24,489 bases of DNA from a virus (Duplodnaviria; Caudoviricetes): the IMG/VR virus record IMGVR_UViG_3300036814_000666, positions 1 to 24,489 of that record; one strand, given 5' to 3'. Below are positions 16,528-21,700 of the stretch, one piece after another (positions within the stretch are counted from its first letter, which is position 1; each line of letters starts with the position of its first letter). The notes below the pieces were generated by a model. The model was not told the origin of the DNA, searched no databases, and worked only from the letters and a program-made list of their open reading frames with translations. The position numbers and the translations under genes are program-made.

Positions 16528-18179
16528 CCTATTACACTATACCTATGTATGTGGCTGGTTGCCCCAGCCGGTTCTGTAACGGTTCCACCGTTAATCGCAT
16601 GCGCATGCCCTTCGTCAAATGATGTCTCCCCGCCAATAAACCTACCTTCGTCACTAAACGATACGTTAAAAGAGTGCGTGTGTCCATGTGCTGCCAACAC
16701 CATACCGGACGGTTCACGCAGAACTTCGAGCTTAGAAGTAGTGGCGCTACGCATTGCGCGGGCCTGTAACGAAAATCCGTTTATCTCCCCTTTCTTAATC
16801 GACTCCCAGATAGATTGGTCAGGGACATGCACCCCCACCACCCACGACTCAGGTATAAACGTCTGGTCATCCTTACGGGCGATAAAGCTCTCCACCACCA
16901 CGTTGGTGTGGGCCTCCTTGTTATCGTGGTTACAGTCCACCTTATGCTGACGCCCGTTCTCCATAAACCGGTGGGCCATTTTTCGTATCTCATCAGCGGT
17001 CATGTAGTCACCCTGTGAATCTGGCACATTCGGTGCGTAGACCTCCCCCCACGCAATACGTAATTCACTATCCGTCTTTTTAACCTCGGACATCGTAGCC
17101 GTAATGACCTCATCTTTGCTGACCGTCGTATACTGGGACTTAGGAGCCCTGCGCATTATTTGCGCGTAGAACTCTTTTTCTGGTAGGCCCAAGCTAAACT
17201 CTGAGCGCACCTGTTTAAGGTGGGACATCAGCGCCTTGAATTCACGCACACTCCCATAGCGTTTTTTTATTTCTTTCAATGACAGGGTGCGTAGGTCCTC
17301 ACGCACCTCCCTCCGCTTGCGTTTATCCGCCTGTTTTTCGCTGTCCTCGTGAAAATATTTACGCCCCCGCTCTATCTGTTCGTGTGTGAAGAACGCTACT
17401 AACGCTATCTCCGCAAGTTTCACAAGTTTATGCATGGCGTGCATTAACAAAGGAGCTATCTTATGCACCTCAACATCACTGCGTTCAGTTTCCTGCTTCC
17501 ATACAGAGTTCTGGACATACGCCAAAAGGGCACCCGGCTCCACGGGTATATTAGGTTTCGGGTACCTGCTGGGTCCCATATCACCCTGCGCTATGAAACC
17601 CTTTCGACTCTTCTCTAATTCGCCCAAGGCTTTAAGCATCCTACGGGCCTCTGGAAGACCGCCAAACACACGGTTTATCTGGGGCAGGGTCATACCCCGC
17701 ATCACTCTACCAACTTGACGCCGAGTAACCTCCCCCCCTGACTCAATCGTAGAGAATAGGTCCTTGACTGCTGGCCTAGAGTCGTTGGAACTCAACTTAT
17801 GCCCCAAGTGAGACGCTACTTTCCCCACGTGCATAGTCTCATAAAAACGGACGGCATAGAGAACCACCTTCTCGGCAATCAGCCCTAAAACTAAAAGAGC
17901 AGCTAGTGGGGCAGCCTTTTTTACTCCCCGGCTCTCAGATGCCATTTGCGCCGCCCCTTGTGCGCGTGCCTGTGCGCGTGCGCCCGCGCCCGTGTAACAC
18001 TTACCGGAAGACCCCCAACGCCACCCCTTTACGTTAGTATCTGTAGTGCATACCTCTATCGGCACAGGGGCGTTCCTCCTTGTAGTAGATGGGCGTTGTT
18101 CGTCATTCAATCGCCCCCCGGCAACCAAGTCACTCGCAACCATATCGGCCTTGTGCGCATGTGTCTCAGTCGTCGGCAT
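16524..18179 (-). CDS. XkdF-like prohead serine protease with a modular N-terminal extension and His-rich C-terminus, 551 aa
   Basis: ELRIAWGEVYAPNVPDSQGDYMTADEIRKMAHRFM, VDCNH, VVESFIAR, SWVVG and WESIKKGEINGFS match the XkdF protease pattern. Confidence 0.9.
   Translation of the reverse strand: MPTTETHAHKADMVASDLVAGGRLNDEQRPSTTRRNAPVPIEVCTTDTNVKGWRWGSSGKCYTGAGARAQARAQGAAQMASESRGVKKAAPLAALLVLGLIAEKVVLYAVRFYETMHVGKVASHLGHKLSSNDSRPAVKDLFSTIESGGEVTRRQVGRVMRGMTLPQINRVFGGLPEARRMLKALGELEKSRKGFIAQGDMGPSRYPKPNIPVEPGALLAYVQNSVWKQETERSDVEVHKIAPLLMHAMHKLVKLAEIALVAFFTHEQIERGRKYFHEDSEKQADKRKRREVREDLRTLSLKEIKKRYGSVREFKALMSHLKQVRSEFSLGLPEKEFYAQIMRRAPKSQYTTVSKDEVITATMSEVKKTDSELRIAWGEVYAPNVPDSQGDYMTADEIRKMAHRFMENGRQHKVDCNHDNKEAHTNVVVESFIARKDDQTFIPESWVVGVHVPDQSIWESIKKGEINGFSLQARAMRSATTSKLEVLREPSGMVLAAHGHTHSFNVSFSDEGRFIGGETSFDEGHAHAINGGTVTEPAGATSHIHRYSVIG
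18074..18081 (-). promoter_or_regulatory. Internal Shine-Dalgarno (AAGGAGGA) for in-frame GTG at 18065 within the protease ORF
   Basis: AAGGAGGaacgcccctGTGCCGATAGAG: GGAGG lies 9 nt before GTG, which is codon 39 of the 551-aa ORF. Confidence 0.7.
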
Positions 18180-18182
18180 ACC

Positions 18183-18195
18183 TACTCTAGCATAC
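18183..18195 (-). promoter_or_regulatory. Putative extended -10 promoter (GTATGCTAGAGTA) directly upstream of the protease gene
   Basis: Matches TRTGnTAnnnT; near-identical copy at 11390-11402; lies in a 35-nt intergenic gap. Confidence 0.55.
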
Positions 18196-18214
18196 CTAAA
18201 TTCCCCATAGTTCT

Positions 18215-18496
18215 CTAGGTGCCTTGGCCCTTTAATTTTTTTAAGTTAGCAACGTAACTGTTAAAACTACGTGCAGACAAAACAGTGGTATCAAACCCGT
18301 CCTGTGCGGACGCATCTTCAGGGTCAGCATAGGGGTCTAGTCCGAGATAGACACAGACACCTAAGCGGTCATTGCGCTCAAACCCCCCGGTCCCCCAGTT
18401 ATAAACCATGAACCGAACCCCGCTGACTTCATCGGGCTCGCACTTAACCGGAAGGTCCCCATAGAGACGATAACTGGGGGCAGGGAAGGGTGGCAT
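18215..18496 (-). CDS. Small hypothetical protein, 93 aa (candidate immunity/accessory protein of the polyvalent protein)
   Basis: TAATG coupling to the 97-aa gene; globular-looking sequence (YRLYGDLPVK...VYNWGTGGFERN...FNSYVANL). Confidence 0.7.
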   Translation of the reverse strand: MPPFPAPSYRLYGDLPVKCEPDEVSGVRFMVYNWGTGGFERNDRLGVCVYLGLDPYADPEDASAQDGFDTTVLSARSFNSYVANLKKLKGQGT

Positions 18497-18789
18497 TAAA
18501 CTGGTGCCCCCCTGTTAATAAATCGCCACGCCCTACCTATTACATCTGGTATTACGGCGTGGCTGGTAACCGGACCCCAGTACCCAAACTTAACTACCGA
18601 TTCATAGGACCGTGGGCCTGCGACAACCGTGTCACCATCCAACCGGACAATGTACGTAGCTGAAGTCTGGGCTCTATTCTCCGGTGACCACCCAACCAAG
18701 AAGGCCCCTATCTCCCCGCTTAGGGGGCGACCAGACCCGGATACCCTCTGTGCAATTACCTGCAAATCCTTTTTTAGTATGCGCGGCAT
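18496..18789 (-). CDS. Small hypothetical protein, 97 aa (candidate immunity/accessory protein)
   Basis: TAATG coupling to the stop of the giant ORF; contains SYESVVKFGYWG. Confidence 0.7.
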   Translation of the reverse strand: MPRILKKDLQVIAQRVSGSGRPLSGEIGAFLVGWSPENRAQTSATYIVRLDGDTVVAGPRSYESVVKFGYWGPVTSHAVIPDVIGRAWRFINRGAPV

Positions 18790-21700
18790 TACGATAAAGA
18801 CGCCCCACCAACCCCATGCAAGTACCGAGAATTCTGGAGCACGTCTTCTAGCAACGCCTCGCTCTTGGTCACAAACGACCGCAAATCAACAATCTCACTT
18901 ACGTAACTTCCGCGTTTTGCAGTAGCTGGCTCAATTACCACTACCCCGTCATACCCATCTTGTACGATTCTCCGCGATAACGTCGTCCCAACAGAATCGG
19001 CAGTCGTTCTATATCGGCTCGACAATACATGCTTCCAGCTCGATTTATCTTGGTAGGCCCCCGTCGCCTCAATATAAAGGGGTGACTTAAACGTCAGGGT
19101 ACCGGAGTCGTAGCCGGGCGGCACATGGCCCGAAGTCGCCTCATTGACGTACATCCCTGCCGGTTCAACATCTTGCCCGTATAAACTTCCAAAATTAGGA
19201 GCCGGTTCTGGGTTACGAACATACCTGAAGGTCACCTTTTCCCCGCTCCCCTTGCCGTAAAAAGCACTGGCGGTATCATCTATTTGGGAAGAACCGGGTG
19301 TCGGCTTAATTACCGGGATAACCTTTTTCGCAACGTTACTAGGCGGGGTAATAACTAGGGTGGATGAATCAAATACAGTCCCGGTCGCACGGGCCACCGG
19401 AGTAGGCAGCTCTACCTCGACTACGCTGTAGGGCTTTGTAACAATGTCTGGTAAAAAACTTTCTGACCTATGGAGTTCTGTCATATCGTCTACCGAGTCA
19501 AGAAAGAGCTGCTTCCGAACGGTTTTGGACAACCTGTGGCGGGAGGTTACCCCATCAATATTTCGCGTAATATCAGGGCGCTCCAGCAAATCTAAAAACA
19601 CCCTCTGTGCGTCCTTCTTCTTAACGGCTTTAGCCGCCCTTTTAGCCTCTTGAACAAGAACCTCCGCTGACGCCCCGCTACGAAGACTAGGGTCAATTAA
19701 ACGGGCGCGGGAATACTTCGCCTCTAGCGAACGCGACACGGCTGTAACCGACTCCCTTTTAGCGCCTCGACTAACAGCCCACTCGATAACCTCATCCACT
19801 GAGTTAAAGCCTTGTACCGTAGTCAACGTCTCAACAGTATTGGCAACTGCCGCCCGGTCAGTGGTGGCCCTCCTCAAGTCTGGGCCGACATCGCTAGTAC
19901 CTAACCAAAACTCGTTGCCCTCATCACCAAACCGTATGGCCCACGCGGGGGACCGTTTATCCGTGGGTTCGGCCAACTGGTTCAGAATAAGCCTAGATTT
20001 ATCATTCCTTTCCACTGCTCTTCCAGCAGCAAGCGATTTTCGTTTAGCCATTTCTCCCCCCGCTCCTCCCTTAAACGATGCTCGAATCTCTGCTTGATGA
20101 GAGATAGCTGCCCCTCTCTCGAAAGCTGATTGTGCGTCTGATGTAAGAGATTGCCCCGCAATAAATCTTTGTCTGACTGTGGCACGATTTCCTCCTGCGT
20201 ATTTCATATACACTATATCTGGGCGGCCATGCTTACCATAGTCCCATTTCTTAGGGGCATATGCGTCATTCCACTTTACCCTCTTGTACTCAACGAAACC
20301 GAATTGCTTGTAGTACTCTGGCAAAAACCCATCAAAACAATCAAGAGTTTTTGCATCTCCATTTTCGATAAGGTCGAGCAGCATCTCACGCCCAGCCCCC
20401 GGTCCATTGCTGTTAAACAGATTCCCCACGGTGCCCTTATCTGTAACCAAAGCGCCAACTTTGCGGCTATCAGAAACATGCATGGACCCCCCATTTTTTA
20501 TATGGGCGGCAACGTCGGCAGGCTTGACTTCAGTTACAAATATTTTTCGCGCCCCTATATCTGTATCCGTAAATACAGACCGGGCATCATCAGGGTCAAC
20601 ATCAGACAGCCATGTCTTCGGCAAAAAATCCTCATCGGTAACCCGTGCAATACGTTTGAACGTGACATCGGCGTCATCGACCAGTTTGACCGCCGCCTCT
20701 GCCAGCGCCGCCTGTGTCTGTACTGGGGCAATGGCTTCCGCAGCGGCGGCGGTGGGGACATACTCTAAATCCAGCACCCGTGCTGGTATACTCTCGTAAG
20801 GGATAGTGACCCTTACTCTGTGGCGTCCGCTGTGTACGCTCCCCTCTCCGACTTGTATCTGGCTCAATACCGGCCACCGTGTAAGCGGGGGCTGAAACGG
20901 TCGTATAGTCCCAGCCAACTTAGCCCTACTAGCCATGCCCTCTAAAAACTCGCGCCCCGCCCCAGCCGCCTCCTCTACCGCTGCCCGATATTTAGCCGAA
21001 TCCGTAAGGGCATCCAACGTCTCAACAAAATCGGAACGTGTGTACGGCGTTGTTACCCACAGTATATCGTCATCAGGAAGTTGCGATGCCTTGGTCAGCC
21101 AGTCACGAAAATTCTGCAATTGGTCAAGCTCGGCAATTTCATCGTCCGCCAATCCGAGCTTACCCCACTGACCATCCGCAAAGGCTTTAGCATTTTCTGG
21201 AAGAAGCGCCTTGCTTTCCCCTCTCAATTCCCAGTTTACATCATGGAACGACGCCTCGCCGTGCCCACGGTATGTAGCCTTTTTAATTCTAAACGTAGAC
21301 GGCCCTAGAATAAATTCCTCCTCAAAAAAATCTGGGGCCGTGGTATAGGGAGCACCTTTAGGATACTTAACCCGAAGCATAATGCCACGCTCCTTCTTTG
21401 CCGCTACGATGGCTGGGGAATATACACGGCTACCATCGGAGGTTACTTTTCCAAGGTTCAACAGGTCATCAATGTCGTCTACTGTACGGCCACCGAGCCT
21501 CCCAAAAGAAGAGGCTAGGTTGGGGTCACCAGTCCAACTACCGGTTGTCCAATTAGTGAACAGCTCCCCTTCCTTAAACCCGCCCATCCTACCCGGATGA
21601 GCCCCCTTGATGCCGCGCATCAAAATAACATCTTCTGGTAATGGCGATGACTTGTATTTAAGGGCTTGTTGTAGGCTTAGTTGCATGCGAAGCGTGGTGC

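Noticed and set aside
17958-17981. Two tandem copies of a 12-nt unit (tgtgcgcgtgc core) encoding ARAQARAQ
   Set aside because: Only two copies, explained by the helical peptide; not a CRISPR or regulatory repeat.
20049-20073. G-rich SD-like stretch before in-frame ATG (MAKRKS) inside the giant ORF
   Set aside because: Spacing is poor (GGAG 2 nt or GGAGG about 13 nt from ATG), and the purine run is explained by the KGGAGGE codons.
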